A stretch of DNA of 64,000 nucleotides from Eledone cirrhosa. Taxonomy: Eukaryota. The notes beneath the pieces are model-generated. The model saw only the letters and a program-made list of their open reading frames with translations, was not told the origin of the DNA and did no database searches. Position 1 is the stretch's first letter, and each line of letters opens with the position of its first letter. The stretch lies in contig OZ024756.1 of assembly GCA_964016885.1 (NCBI GenBank), positions 43,090,001 to 43,154,000 of the forward strand. The letters are read 5' to 3'. Positions 15,801 to 33,600 of the stretch are shown piece after piece. The position numbers and the translations under genes are program-made.

Positions 15801-17790
15801 CATTGGACACACACTAGACACAGACATTGGGCACACACTAGAGACAGACATTGGACACACACTAGAGACAGACATTGGACACACACTAGAGACAGACATT
15901 GGATACACAGTAGAGACAGACATTTGACACACACTAGAGACAGACATTGGGCACACACTAGAGACAGACATTTGACACACACTAGAGACAGACATTGGAC
16001 ACACACACTAGTGACAGACATTGGACACACACTAGAGACAGACATTGGACACACACTAGAGACAGACATTGGACACACACTAGAGACAGACATTGGACAC
16101 ACACTAGAGACAGACATTGGACACATACTAGAGACAGACATTGGAGACACACTACAGACAGATATTGGACACACACTAGAGACAGACATTGGACACACAC
16201 TAGAGACAAACATTGGACACACACTAGAGACAGACATCGGACACACACTAGAGACAGACATTGGACACACACTAGAAACAGACATTGGACACACACTAGA
16301 GACAGACATTGGACACACACTAGAGACAGACATTGGACACACACACTAGAGACAGACATTGGACACACACTAGAAACAGACATTGGACACACACTAGAGA
16401 CAGACATTGGACACACACTAGAGACAGACATTGGACACACACACTTGTCAGACATTGGACACACACTAGAGACAGACATTGGACACACACTAGAGACAGA
16501 CATTAGACACACACTAGAGACAGACATTGGACACACACTAGAAACAGACATTGGACACATACTAGAAACAGACATTGGACACACACTAGAGACAGACATT
16601 AGACACACACTAGAGACAGGCATTGGACACACACTAGAGACAGACATTGGACACACACTAGAGACAGACATTAGACACACACTAGAGACAGACATTGGAC
16701 ACACACTAGAAACAGACATTGGACACACACTAGAAACAGACATTGGACACACACTAGAAACAGACATTGGACATAAACTAGAGACTGACATTGGACACAC
16801 ACAAGAGACAGACATTTTACACACACTAGAGAGAGTCATTGGACACACACTAGAGACAGACATTGGACACACACACTAGAGACAGTCATTGGACACACAC
16901 GAGAGACAGACATTAGACACACACTAGAGACAGACATTGGACACACACTAGAGACAGACGCTGGACACACACTGGAGACAGACATTAGACACACACGAGA
17001 GACAGACATTGGACACACACTAGATACAGCCATTGGACACACACTAGAGACAGACATTGGACATACACTAGAGACAGACATTGGACACACACTAGAGACA
17101 GACATTAGACACGCACTAGTGACTGACATTGTACACACTAGAGACAGACATTGGACACACACTAGAGACAGACATTGGACACATACTAGAAACAGACATT
17201 GGACACACACTAGAGACAGACATTGGACACACACTAGAGACAGGCATTGGACACACACTAGAGACAGACATTGGACACACACTAGAGACAGACATTAGAC
17301 ACACACTAGAGACAGACATTGGACACACACTAGAAACAGACATTGGACACACACTAGAAACAGACATTGGACACACACTAGAGACTGACATTGGACACAC
17401 ACAAGAGACAGACATTTTACACACACTAGAGAGAGACATTGGACACACACTAGAGACAGGCATTGGACACACACTAGAGACAGACATTGGACACATACTA
17501 GAGACTGACATTGGACACACACTAGAGACAGACATTGTACACACACTAGAGACAGACATTGGACACACAATAGAGACAGACATTGGACACACACTAGAGA
17601 TAAACATTAGACACGCACTAGAGACAGACATTGGACACACACTAGAGACAGACATTGGACACACACACGAAATACGGACATTGGACACACACTAGAGACA
17701 GACATTAGACACACACTAGAAACGGACATTGGACACACACTAGAGATAGACATTGGACACACACTAGAGACAGACATTGGACACACACTA
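12850..17790 (+). repeat. Dispersed copy of ~3970-9150 (offset drifting from ~8513 to ~8635 bp in the well-aligned part)
   Basis: Matching ORF pairs 4923/13436, 5167/13680, 5987/14526, 6752/15339, 8505/17116. Shared rare variants GGACACGTAC (~4020, ~12895), GAATCAGAC (~4878, ~13391) and CAGAGTTTGGAG (~5441, ~13980). Confidence 0.88.
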
Positions 17791-20700
17791 GAGACAGACA
17801 TTGGACACACAAACTACAGAAATACATTTGACACACACACTAGAGACAGACATTAGACACACACTAGAGACAGACATTGGAGACACACTAGAGACAGACA
17901 TTGGACACACACTAGAGACAGACATTGGACACACACTAGACACAGACATTGGGCACACACTAGAGACAGACATTGGACACACACTAGAGACAGACATTGG
18001 ACACACACTAGAGACAGACATTGGATACACAGTAGAGACAGACATTTGACACACACTAGAGACAGACATTGGGCACACACTAGAGACAGACATTTGACAC
18101 ACACTAGAGACAGACATTGGACACACACACTAGTGACAGACATTGGACACACACTAGAGACAGACATTGGACACACACTAGAGACAGACATTGGACACAC
18201 ACTAGAGACAGACATTGGACACACACTAGAGACAGACATTGGACACATACTAGAGACAGACATTGGAGACACACTACAGACAGATATTGGACACACACTA
18301 GAGACAGACATTGGACACACACTAGAGACAAACATTGGACACACACTAGAGACAGACATCGGACACACACTAGAGACAGACATTGGACACACACTAGAAA
18401 CAGACATTGGACACACACTAGAGACAGACATTGGACACACACTAGAGACAGACATTGGACACACACACTAGAGACAGACATTGGACACACACTAGAAACA
18501 GACATTGGACACACACTAGAGACAGACATTGGACACACACTAGAGACAGACATTGGACACACACACTTGTCAGACATTGGACACACACTAGAGACAGACA
18601 TTGGACACACACTAGAGACAGACATTAGACACACACTAGAGACAGACATTAGACACACACTAGAGACAGACATTGGACACACACTAGAAACAGACATTGG
18701 ACACATACTAGAAACAGACATTGGACACACACTAGAGACAGACATTAGACACACACTAGAGACAGGCATTGGACACACACTAGAGACAGACATTGGACAC
18801 ACACTAGAGACAGACATTAGACACACACTAGAGACAGACATTGGACACACACTAGAAACAGACATTGGACACACACTAGAAACAGACATTGGACACACAC
18901 TAGAGACTGACATTGGACACACGCAAGAGACAGACATTTTACACACACTAGAGAGAGACATTGGACACACACTAGAGACAGGCATTGGACACACACTAGA
19001 GACAGACATTGGACACATACTAGAGACTGACATTGGACTCACACTAGAGACAGACATTGTACACACACTAGAGACAGACATTGGACACACACTAGAGACA
19101 GACATTGGACACACACTAGAGATAAACATTAGACACGCACTAGAGACAGACATTGGACACACACTAGAGACAGACATTGGACACACACACGAAATACGGA
19201 CATTGGACACACACTAGAGACAGACATTAGACACACACTAGAAACGGACATTGGACACACACTAGAGATAGACATTGGACACACACTAGAGACAGACATT
19301 GGACACACACTAGAGACAGACATTGGACACACAAACTACAGAAATACATTTGACACACACACTAGAGACAGACATTGGACACACACTAGAGACAGACATT
19401 GGAGACACACTAGAGACAGACATTGGACACGCACTAGAGACAGACATTGGACACACACTAGACACAGACATTGGGCACACACTAGAGACAGACATTGGAC
19501 ACACACTAGAGACAGACATTGGACACACACTAGAGACAGACATTGGATACACAGTAGAGACAGACATTTGACACACACTAGAGACAGACATTGGGCACAC
19601 ACTAGAGACAGACATTTGACACACACTAGAGACAGACATTGGACACACACACTAGTGACAGACATTGGACACACACTAGAGACAGACATTGGACACACAC
19701 TAGAGACAGACATTGGACACACACTAGAGACAGACATTGGACACACACTAGAGACAGACATTGGACACATACTAGAGACAGACATTGGAGACACACTACA
19801 GACAGATATTGGACACACACTAGAGACAGACATTGGACACACACTAGAGACAAACATTGGACACACACTAGAGACAGACATCGGACACACACTAGAGACA
19901 GACATTGGACACACACTAGAGACAGACATTGGACACACACTAGAGACAGACATTGGACACACACACTAGAGACAGACATTGGACACACACTAGAAACAGA
20001 CATTGGACACACACTAGAGACAGACATTGGACACACACTAGAGACAGACATTGGACACACACACTTGTCAGACATTGGACACACACTAGAGACAGACATT
20101 GGACACACACTAGAGACAGACATTAGACACACACTGGAGACAGACATTAGACACACACTAGAGACAGACATTGGACACACACTAGAAACAGACATTGGAC
20201 ACATACTAGAAACAGACATTGGACACACACTAGAGACAGACATTAGACACACACTAGAGACAGGCATTGGACACACACTAGAGACAGACATTGGACACAC
20301 ACTAGAGACAGACATTAGACACACACTAGAGACAGACATTGGACACACACTAGAAACAGACATTGGACACACACTAGAAACAGACATTGGACACACACTA
20401 GAAACAGACATTGGACATAAACTAGAGACTGACATTGGACACACACAAGAGACAGACATTTTACACACACTAGAGAGAGTCATTGGACACACACTAGAGA
20501 CAGACATTGGACACACACACTAGAGACAGTCATTGGACACACACGAGAGACAGACATTAGACACACACTAGAGACAGACATTGGACACATACTAGAGACA
20601 GACGTTGGACACACACTGGAGACAGACATTAGACACACACGAGAGACAGACATTGGACACACACTAGATACAGCCATTGGACACACACTAGAGACAGACA

Positions 20701-23700
20701 TTGGACATACACTAGAGACAGACATTGGACACACACTAGAGACAGACATTAGACACGCACTAGTGACTGACATTGGACACACTAGAGACAGACATTGGAC
20801 ACACACTAGAGACAGACATTGGACACATACTAGAAACAGACATTGGACACACACTAGAGACAGACATTGGACACACACTAGAGACAGGCATTGGACACAC
20901 ACTAGAGACAGACATTGGACACACACTAGAGACAGACATTAGACACACACTAGAGACAGACATTGGACACACACTAGAAACAGACATTGGACACACACTA
21001 GAAACAGACATTGGACACACACTAGAGACTGACATTGGACACACACAAGAGACAGACATTTTACACACACTAGAGAGAGACATTGGACACACACTAGAGA
21101 CAGGCATTGGACACACACTAGAGACAGACATTGGACACATACTAGAGACTGACATTGGACACACACTAAAGACAGACATTGTACACACACTAGAGACAGA
21201 CATTGGACACACACTAGAGACAGACATTGGACACACACTAGAGATAAACATTAGACACGCACTAGAGACAGACATTGGACACACACTAGAGACAGACATT
21301 GGACACACACACGAAATACGGACATTGGACACACACTAGAGACAGACATTAGACACACACTAGAAACGGACATTGGACACACACTAGAGATAGACATTGG
21401 ACACACACTAGAGACAGACATTGGACACACACTAGAGACAGACATTGGACACACAAACTACAGAAATACATTTGACACACACACTAGAGACAGACATTGG
21501 ACACACACTAGAGACAGACATTGGAGACACACTAGAGACAGACATTGGACACACACTAGAGACAGACATTGGACACACACTAGACACAGACATTGGGCAC
21601 ACACTAGAGACAGACATTGGACACACACTAGAGACAGACATTGGACACACACTAGAGACAGACATTGGATACACAGTAGAGACAGACATTTGACACACAC
21701 TAGAGACAGACATTGGGCACACACTAGAGACAGACATTTGACACACACTAGAGACAGACATTGGACACACACACTAGTGACAGACATTGGACACACACTA
21801 GAGACAGACATTGGACACACACTAGAGACAGACATTGGACACACACTAGAGACAGACATTGGACACACACTAGAGACAGACATTGGACACATACTAGAGA
21901 CAGACATTGGAGACACACTACAGACAGATATTGGACACACACTAGAGACAGACATTGGACACACACTAGAGACAAACATTGGACACACACTAGAGACAGA
22001 CATCGGACACACACTAGAGACAGACATTGGACACACACTAGAAACAGACATTGGACACACACTAGAGACAGACATTGGACACACACTAGAGACAGACATT
22101 GGACACACACACTAGAGACAGACATTGGACACACACTAGAAACAGACATTGGACACACACTAGAGACAGACATTGGACACACACTAGAGACAGACATTGG
22201 ACACACACACTTGTCAGACATTGGACACACACTAGAGACAGACATTGGACACACACTAGAGACAGACATTAGACACACACTAGTGACAGACATTAGACAC
22301 ACACTAGAGACAGACATTGGACACACACTAGAAACAGACATTGGACACATACTAGAAACAGACATTGGACACACACTAGAGACAGACATTAGACACACAC
22401 TAGAGACAGGCATTGGACACACACTAGAGACAGACATTGGACACACACTAGAGACAGACATTAGACACACACTAGAGACAGACATTGGACACACACTAGA
22501 AACAGACATTGGACACACACTAGAAACAGACATTGGACACACACTAGAGACTGACATTGGACACACACAAGAGACAGACATTTTACACACACTAGAGAGA
22601 GACATTGGACACACACTAGAGACAGGCATTGGACACACACTAGAGACAGACATTGGACACATACTAGAGACTGACATTGGACACACACTAGAGACAGACA
22701 TTGTACACACACTAGAGACAGACATTGGACACACACTAGAGACAGACATTGGACACACACTAGAGATAAACATTAGACACGCACTAGAGACAGACATTGG
22801 ACACACACTAGAGACAGACATTGGACACACACACGTAATACGGACATTGGACACACACTAGAGACAGACATTAGACACACACTAGAAACGGACATTGGAC
22901 ACACACTAGAGATAGACATTGGACACACACTAGAGACAGACATTGGACACACACTAGAGACAGACATTGGACACACAAACTACAGAAATACATTTGACAC
23001 ACACACTAGAGACAGACATTGGACACACACTAGAGACAGACATTGGAGACACACTAGAGACAGACATTGGACACACACTAGAGACAGACATTGGACACAC
23101 ACTAGACACAGACATTGGGCACACACTAGAGACAGACATTGGACACACACTAGAGACAGACATTGGACACACACTAGAGACAGACATTGGATACACAGTA
23201 GAGACAGACATTTGACACACACTAGAGACAGACATTGGGCACACACTAGAGACAGACATTTGACACACACTAGAGACAGACATTGGACACACACACTAGT
23301 GACAGACATTGGACACACACTAGAGACAGACATTGGACACACACTAGAGACAGACATTGGACACACACTAGAGACAGACATTGGACACACACTAGAGACA
23401 GACATTGGACACATACTAGAGACAGACATTGGAGACACACTACAGACAGATATTGGACACACACTAGAGACAGACATTGGACACACACTAGAGACAAACA
23501 TTGGACACACACTAGAGACAGACATCGGACACACACTAGAGACAGACATTGGACACACACTAGAAACAGACATTGGACACACACTAGAGACAGACATTGG
23601 ACACACACTAGAGACAGACATTGGACACACACACTAGAGACAGACATTGGACACACACTAGAAACAGACATTGGACACACACTAGAGACAGACATTGGAC

Positions 23701-26700
23701 ACACACTAGAGACAGACATTGGACACACACACTTGTCAGACATTGGACACACACTAGAGACAGACATTGGACACACACTAGAGACAGACATTAGACACAC
23801 ACTAGAGACAGACATTAGACACAGACTAGAGACAGACATTGGACACACACTAGAAACAGACATTGGACACATACTAGAAACAGACATTGGACACACACTA
23901 GAGACAGACATTAGACACACACTAGAGACAGGCATTGGACACACACTAGAGACAGACATTGGACACACACTAGAGACAGACATTAGACACACACTAGAGA
24001 CAGACATTGGACACACACTAGAAACAGACATTGGACACACACTAGAAACAGACATTGGACACACACTAGAAACAGACATTGGACATAAACTAGAGACTGA
24101 CATTGGACACACACAAGAGACAGACATTTTACACACACTAGAGAGAGTCATTGGACACACACTAGAGACAGACATTGGACACACACACTAGAGACAGTCA
24201 TTGGACACACACGAGAGACAGACATTAGACACACACTAGAGACAGACATTGGACACACACTAGAGACAGACGTTGGACACACACTGGAGACAGACATTAG
24301 ACACACACGAGAGACAGACATTGGACACACACTAGATACAGCCATTGGACACACACTAGAGACAGACATTGGACATACACTAGAGACAGACATTGGACAC
24401 ACACTAGAGACAGACATTAGACACGCACTAGTGACTGACATTGGACACACTAGAGACAGACATTGGACACACACTGGAGACAGACATTGGACACATACTA
24501 GAAACAGACATTGGACACACACTAGAGACAGACATTGGACACACACTAGAGACAGGCATTGGACACACACTAGAGACAGACATTGGACACACACTAGAGA
24601 CAGACATTAGACACACACTAGAGACAGGCATTGGACACACACTAGAAACAGACATTGGACACACACTAGAAACAGACATTGGACACACACTAGAGACTGA
24701 CATTGGACACACACAAGAGACAGACATTTTACACACACTAGAGAGAGACATTGGACACACACTAGAGACAGGCATTGGACACACACTAGAGACAGACATT
24801 GGACACATACTAGAGACTGACATTGGACACACACTAGAGACAGACATTGGACACACACTAGAGACAGACATTGTACACACACTAGAGACAGACATTGGAC
24901 ACACACTAGAGACAGACATTGGACACACACTAGAGATAAACATTAGACACGCACTAGAGACAGACATTGGACACACACTAGAGACAGACATTGGACACAC
25001 ACACGAAATACGGACATTGGACACACACTAGAGACAGACATTAGACACACACTAGAAACGGACATTGGACACACACTAGAGATAGACATTGGACACACAC
25101 TAGAGACAGACATTGGACACACACTAGAGACAGACATTGGACACACAAACTACAGAAATACATTTGACACAAACACTAGAGACAGACATTGGACACACAC
25201 TAGAGACAGACATTGGAGACACACTAGAGACAGACATTGGACACACACTAGAGACAGACATTGGACACACACTAGACACAGACATTGGGCACACACTAGA
25301 GACAGACATTGGACACACACTAGAGAGAGACATTGGACACACACTAGAGACAGACATTGGATACACAGTAGAGACAGACATTTGACACACACTAGAGACA
25401 GACATTGGGCACACACTAGAGACAGACATTGGACACACACTAGAGACAGACATTGGACACACACTAGAGACAGACATTGGACACACACTAGAGACAGACA
25501 TTGGACACACACTAGAGACAGACATTGGACACATACTAGAGACAGACATTGGAGACACACTACAGACAGATATTGGACACACACTAGAGACAGACATTGG
25601 ACACACACTAGAGACAAACATTGGACACACACTAGAGACAGACATCGGACACACACTAGAGACAGACATTGGACACACACTAGAAACAGACATTGGACAC
25701 ACACTAGAGACAGACATTGGACACACACTAGAGACAGACATTGGACACACACACTAGAGACAGACATTGGACACACACTAGAAACAGACATTGGACACAC
25801 ACTAGAGACAGACATTGGACACACACTAGAGACAGACATTGGACACACACACTTGTCAGACATTGGACACACACTAGAGACAGACATTGGACACACACTA
25901 GAGACAGACATTAGACACACACTAGAGACAGACATTAGACACACACTAGAGACAGACATTGGACACACACTAGAAACAGACATTGGACACATACTAGAAA
26001 CAGACATTGGACACACACTAGAGACAGACATTAGACACACACTAGAGACAGGCATTGGACACACACTAGAGACAGACATTGGACACACACTAGAGACAGA
26101 CATTAGACACACACTAGAGACAGACATTGGACACACACTAGAAACAGACATTGGACACACACTAGAAACAGACATTGGACACACACTAGAAACAGACATT
26201 GGACATAAACTAGAGACTGACATTGGACACACACAAGAGACAGACATTTTACACACACTAGAGAGAGTCATTGGACACACACTAGAGACAGACATTGGAC
26301 ACACACACTAGAGACAGTCATTGGACACACACTAGAGACAGACATTAGACACACACTAGAGACAGACATTGGACACACACTAGAGACAGACGTTGGACAC
26401 ACACTGGAGACAGACATTAGACACACACGAGAGACAGACATTGGACACACACTAGATACAGCCATTGGACACACACTAGAGACAGACATTGGACATACAC
26501 TAGAGACAGACATTGGACACACACTAGAGACAGACATTAGACACGCACTAGTGACTGACATTGGACACACTAGAGACAGACATTGGACACACACTGGAGA
26601 CAGACATTGGACACATACTAGAAACAGACATTGGACACACACTAGAGACAGACATTGGACACACACTAGAGACAGGCATTGGACACACACTAGAGACAGA

Positions 26701-27220
26701 CATTGGACACACACTAGAGACAGACATTAGACACACACTAGAGACAGACATTGGACACACACTAGAAACAGACATTGGACACACACTAGAAACAGACATT
26801 GGACACACACTAGAGACTGACATTGGACACACACAAGAGACAGACATTTTACACACACTAGAGAGAGACATTGGACACACACTAGAGACAGGCATTGGAC
26901 ACACACTAGAGACAGACATTGGACACATACTAGAGACTGACATTGGACACACACTAGAGACAGACATTGTACACACACTAGAGACAGACATTGGACACAC
27001 ACTAGAGACAGACATTGGACACACACTAGAGATAAACATTAGACACGCACTAGAGACAGACATTGGACACACACTAGAGACAGACATTGGACACACACAC
27101 GAAATACGGACATTGGACACACACTAGAGACAGACATTAGACACACACTAGAAACGGACATTGGACACACACTAGAGATAGACATTGGACACACACTAGA
27201 GACAGACATTGGACACACAC
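15680..27220 (+). repeat. Higher-order repeat of alternating long (~2122 bp) and short (1522 bp) units; composite period 3644 bp
   Basis: The marker CAAACTACAGAAATACATTTG recurs with ORF left coordinates 15666, 17788, 19310, 21432, 22954, 25124, giving spacings of 2122, 1522, 2122, 1522 and 2170. Confidence 0.92.
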
Positions 27221-27619
27221 TAGAGACAGACATTAGACACACACTATAGACAGACATTGAATACACACTAGAAACAGACATTGGACACACACTAGAGACA
27301 GACATTGGACACACACAAGAGACAGAGATTTTACACACACTAGAGAGAGACATTGGACACACACTAGAGACAGGCATTGGACACACACTAGAGACAGACG
27401 TTGGACACACACTAGAGACAGACATTGGACACATACTAGAAACAGACATTGGACACACACTAGAGACACACATTGGACACACACTAGAGACAGACATTGG
27501 ACACACACTAGACAGAGACATTGGACACACACTAGAGACAGACATTAGACACACACTAGAGACAGACATTGGACACACACTAGAAACAGACTTTGGACAC
27601 ACACTAGATACAGACATTG

Positions 27620-30600
27620 GACACACACTAGAGACTGACATTGGACACACACAAGAGACAGACATTTTACACACACTAGAGAGAGACATTGGACACACAC
27701 TAGAGACAGGCATTGGACACACACCAGAGACAGACATTGGACACACACTAGAGACTGACATTGGACACACACTAGAGACAGACATTGGACACACACTAGA
27801 GACAGACATTGGACACACAGTAGAGCCAGATATTGGGAACACACTAGAGACAGACATTAGACACACACTAGAGACAGACATTGGACACACACTAGAAACA
27901 GACATTGGACACTCACTAGAGACAGACATTGGACATAGACACTAGAGAGAGACATTGGACCCACACACAAGAGACAGACATTGGACACACACTTGAAACA
28001 GACATTGGACACACACTAGAGACAGACATTGGACACACACTAGAGACAGACATTGGACACACACTAGAGACAGACATTGGACACACACTAGAGACAGACA
28101 TTGGACATACACTAGAGAGAGACATTAGACACACACACTAGTGAGAGACATTGGACACACACCAGAGACAGACATTGGACACACTAGAGAGAGACATTGG
28201 ACACGCACTAGAGACAGACATTGGACACACACACTAGAGACAGACATTGGACACACACTAGAGAGAGACATTGGACAAACACTAGAGACAGACATTGGAA
28301 ACACACACTAGAGACAGACATTGGACACACACTAGAGACAGACATAGGACCCACACTAGAGACAGACATTGGACACACACTAGAGACAGACTTTGGACAC
28401 ACACACTAGAGACAGATATTAGACACACACTAGAGACAGACATTGGACACACACTAGAGACAGACATTGGACACACACACTAGAGACAGACATTGGACAC
28501 ACACTAGAAACAGTGATTGGACACACACTAGAGACAGACATTGGACACACACACTAGAGACAGACATTGGACACACACGAGAGACAGACATTAGACACAC
28601 ACTAGGGACAGACATTGGACACACACTAGAGACAGATATTGGAGAAACACACTAGAGACAGACATTGGACACGCACTAGAGGCAGACGTTAGACACACAT
28701 TAGAGACAGACATTGGACACACACTAGAGACAGACATTGGACACACACTAGAGACAGACATTGGACACACACTAGAGATAGACATCGGACACACACTAGA
28801 GACAGACATTGGACACACACTAGAAACAGACATTGGACACACACTAGAGACAGACATTGGACACACACTAGAGACAGACATTGGACACACACACTAGAGA
28901 CAGACATTGGACTCACACTAGAAACAGACATTGGACACACACTAGAGACAGACATTGGACACACTAGAGACAGACATTGGACATAAACACTAGAGTCAGA
29001 CATTGGACACACACTAGAGACTGACATTGGACACACACTAGAAACAGACATTGGACACCAACTAGAGGCAGACATTAGACACACATTAGACACAGACATT
29101 GGACACACACTAGAGACAGACATTGGATACACACTAGAGACAGACATTGGACACACACTAGAGACAGACATCGGACACACACTAGAGACAGACATTGGAC
29201 ACACACTAGAAACAGACATTGGACACACACTAGAGACAGACATTGGACACACACTAGAGACAGACATTGGACACACACTAGAGACAGACATTGGACACAC
29301 ACACGAAATACGGACATTGGACACACACTAGAGACAGACATTAGACACACACTAGAGACAGACATTGGATACACACTAGAGACAGACATTGGACACACAC
29401 TAGAGACAGACATTGGACACACACTAGAGACAGACATTGGACATACACTAGAGACAGACATTGGACACATACTAGAAACAGACATTGGACACACACTAGA
29501 GACAGACATTGGACACACACTAGAGACTGACATTGGACACACACAAGAGACAGACATTTTACACACACTAGAGAGAGACATTGGATACACACACTAGAGA
29601 CAGACATTGGACACACACTAGAAACAGACATTGGACACACACTAGAAACAGACATTGGACACACACTAGAGACTGACATTGGACACACACAAGAGACAGA
29701 CATTAGAGACACATTAGAGACAGACATTGGACACACACTAGAGACAGACATTGGACACACACTAGAGACAGACATTGGACACACACTAGAGACAGACATC
29801 GGACACACACTAGAGACAGACATTGGACACACACTAGAAACAGACATTGGACACACACTAGAGACAGACATTGGACACACACTAGAGACAGACATTGGAC
29901 ACACACACTAGAGACAGACATTGGACACACACTAGAGACAGACATTGGACACACACCAGAGACAGACATTGGACACACACACTTGTCAGACATTGGACAC
30001 ACACTAGAGACAGACATTGGACACACACTAGAGACAGACATTAGACACACACTAGAGACAGACATTAGACACACACTAGAGACAGACATTGGACACACAC
30101 TAGAAACAGACATTGGACACATACTAGAAACAGACATTGGACACACACTAGAGACAGACATTAGACACACACTAGAGACAGGCATTGGACACACACTAGA
30201 GACAGACATTGGACACACACTAGAGACAGACATTAGACACACACTAGAGACAGACATTGGACACACACTAGAAACAGACATTGGACACACACTAGAAACA
30301 GACATTGGACACACACTAGAGACTGACATTGGACACACACAAGAGACAGACATTTTACACACACGAGAGATCATTGGACACACACTAGAGACAGGCATTG
30401 GACACACACTAGAGAGAGACATTGGACATACACTAGAGACTGTCATTGGACACACACTAGAGACAGACATTAGACACGCACTAGAGACAGACATTGGACA
30501 CACACTAGAGACAGACATTGGACACACACACGAAATACGGACATTGGACACACACTAGAGACAGACATTAGACACACACTAGAGACAGACATTGGACACA

Positions 30601-33600
30601 CACTAGAGACAGACATTGGACACACACTAGAGACAGACATTAGACACACACTAGAGACAGACATTGGAAACACACTAGAAACAGACATTGGACACACACT
30701 AGAGACAGATATTGGACACACACTAGAGACAGACATTGGACACACACTAGAGACTGACATTGAACACACACTAGAGACAGACATTGTTCACACACTAGAG
30801 ACAGAGATTGGACACACACTAGAGACAGACATTGGACACACTAGAGACAGACATTGGACACATACTAGAAACAGACATTGGACACACACTAGAGACAGAC
30901 ATTGGACACACACTAGAGACAGACATTGGACACACACTAGAGTCAGACATTGGACACACACTAGAGACAGACATTAGACACACACTAGAGACAGACATTG
31001 GACACACACTAGAAAGAGACATTGGACACACACTAGAAACAGACATTGGACACACACTAGAGACTGACGTTGGACACACACAAGAGACAGACATTTTACA
31101 CACACTAGAGAGAGACATTGGACACACACTAGAGACAGGCATTGGACACACACTAGCGAGAGACATTGGACACACACTAGAGACTGACATTGAACACACA
31201 CTAGAGACAGACATTGTTCACACACTAGAGACAGAGATTGGACACACACTAGAGACAGACATTTGACACACACTAGAGATAAACATTAGACACCCACTAG
31301 AGACAGACATTGGACACACACACGAAATACGGACATTGGACACACACTAGAGACAGACATTAGACACACACTAGAGACAGACATTGGACACACACTAGAG
31401 ACAGACATTGGACACATACTAGAGACAGACATTGGACACACACTAGAGACACACATTAGACCCACACTAGAGACAGACATTGGACACACACTAGAGACTG
31501 ACATTGGACACACACAAGAGACAGACATTTTACACACACTAGAGAGAGACATTGGACACACACTAGAGACAGGCATTGGACACACACCAGAGACAGACAT
31601 TGGACACACACTAGAGACTGACATTGGACACACACTAGAGACAGACATTGGACACACACTAGAGACAGACATTGGACACACAGTAGAGCCAGATATTGGG
31701 AACACACTAGAGACAGACATTAGACACACACTAGAGACAGACATTGGACACACACTAGAAACAGACATTGGACACTCACTAGAGACAGACATTGGACATA
31801 GACACTAGAGAGAGACATTGGACCCACACACAAGAGACAGACATTGGACACACACTTGAAACAGACATTGGACACACACTAGAGACAGACATTGGACACA
31901 CACTAGAGACAGACATTGGACACACACTAGAGACAGACATTGGACACACACTAGAGACAGACATTGGACATACACTAGAGAGAGACATTAGACACACACA
32001 CTAGTGAGAGACATTGGACACACACCAGAGACAGACATTGGACACACACTAGAGAGAGACATTGGACACGCACTAGAGACAGACATTGGACACACACACT
32101 AGAGACAGACATTGGACACACACTAGAGAGAGACATTGGACAAACACTAGAGACAGACATTGGAAACACACACTAGAGACAGACATTGGACACACACTAG
32201 AGACAGACATAGGACCCACACTAGAGACAGACATTGGACACACACTAGAGACAGACTTTGGACACACACACTAGAGACAGATATTAGACACACACTAGAG
32301 ACAGACATTGGACACACACTAGAGACAGACATTGGACACACACACTAGAGACAGACATTGGACACACACTAGAAACAGTGATTGGACACTCACTAGAGAC
32401 AGACATTGGACACACACACTAGAGACAGACATTGGACACACACGAGAGACAGACATTAGACACACACTAGGGACAGACATTGGACACACACTAGAGAGAG
32501 ATATTGGAGAAACACACTAGAGACAGACATTGGACACACACTAGAGACAGACATTGGACACACACTAGAGACAGACATTGGACACACACTAGAGATAGAC
32601 ATCGGACACACACTAGAGACAGACATTGGACACACACTAGAAACAGACATTGGACACACACTAGAGACAGACATTGGACACACACACTAGAGACAGACAT
32701 TGGACTCACACTAGAAACAGACACTGGACACACACTATAGACAGACATTGGACACACTAGAGACAGACATTGGACACAAACACTAGAGTCAGACATTGGA
32801 CACACACTAGAGACTGACATTGGACACACACTAGAAACAGACATTGGACACCAACTAGAGGCAGACATTAGACACACATTAGACACAGACATTGGACACA
32901 CACTAGAGACAGACATTGGATACACACTAGAGACAGACATTGGACACACACTAGAGACAGACATCGGACACACACTAGAGACAGACATTGGACACACACT
33001 AGAAACAGACATTGGACACACACTAGAGACAGACATTGGACACACACTAGAGACAGACATTGGACACACACTAGAGACAGACATTGGACACACACTAGAG
33101 ACAGACATTGGACATACACTAGAGAGAGACATTAGACACACACACTAGTGAGAGACATTGGACACACACTAGAGAGAGACATTGGACACGCACTAGAGAC
33201 AGACATTGGACACACACACTAGAGACAGACATTGGACACACACTAGAGAGAGACATTGGACAAACACTAGAGACAGACATTGGAAACACACACTAGAGAC
33301 AGACATTGGACACACACTAGAGACAGACATAGGACCCACACTAGAGACAGACATTGGACACACACTAGAGACAGACTTTGGACACACACACTAGAGACAG
33401 ATATTAGACACACACTAGAGACAGACATTGGACACACACTAGAGACAGACATTGGACACACACACTAGAGACAGACATTGGACACACACTAGAAACAGTG
33501 ATTGGACACTCACTAGAGACAGACATTGGACACACACACTAGAGACAGACATTGGACACACACGAGAGACAGACATTAGACACACACTAGGGACAGACAT

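Noticed and set aside
25150-26304. Cys-rich metal-binding, zinc-finger or keratin-associated-like protein on the - strand
   Set aside because: The Cys/Val richness comes from translating (TG)n tracts. There is no C2H2 spacing or linker and no sustained reading frame.
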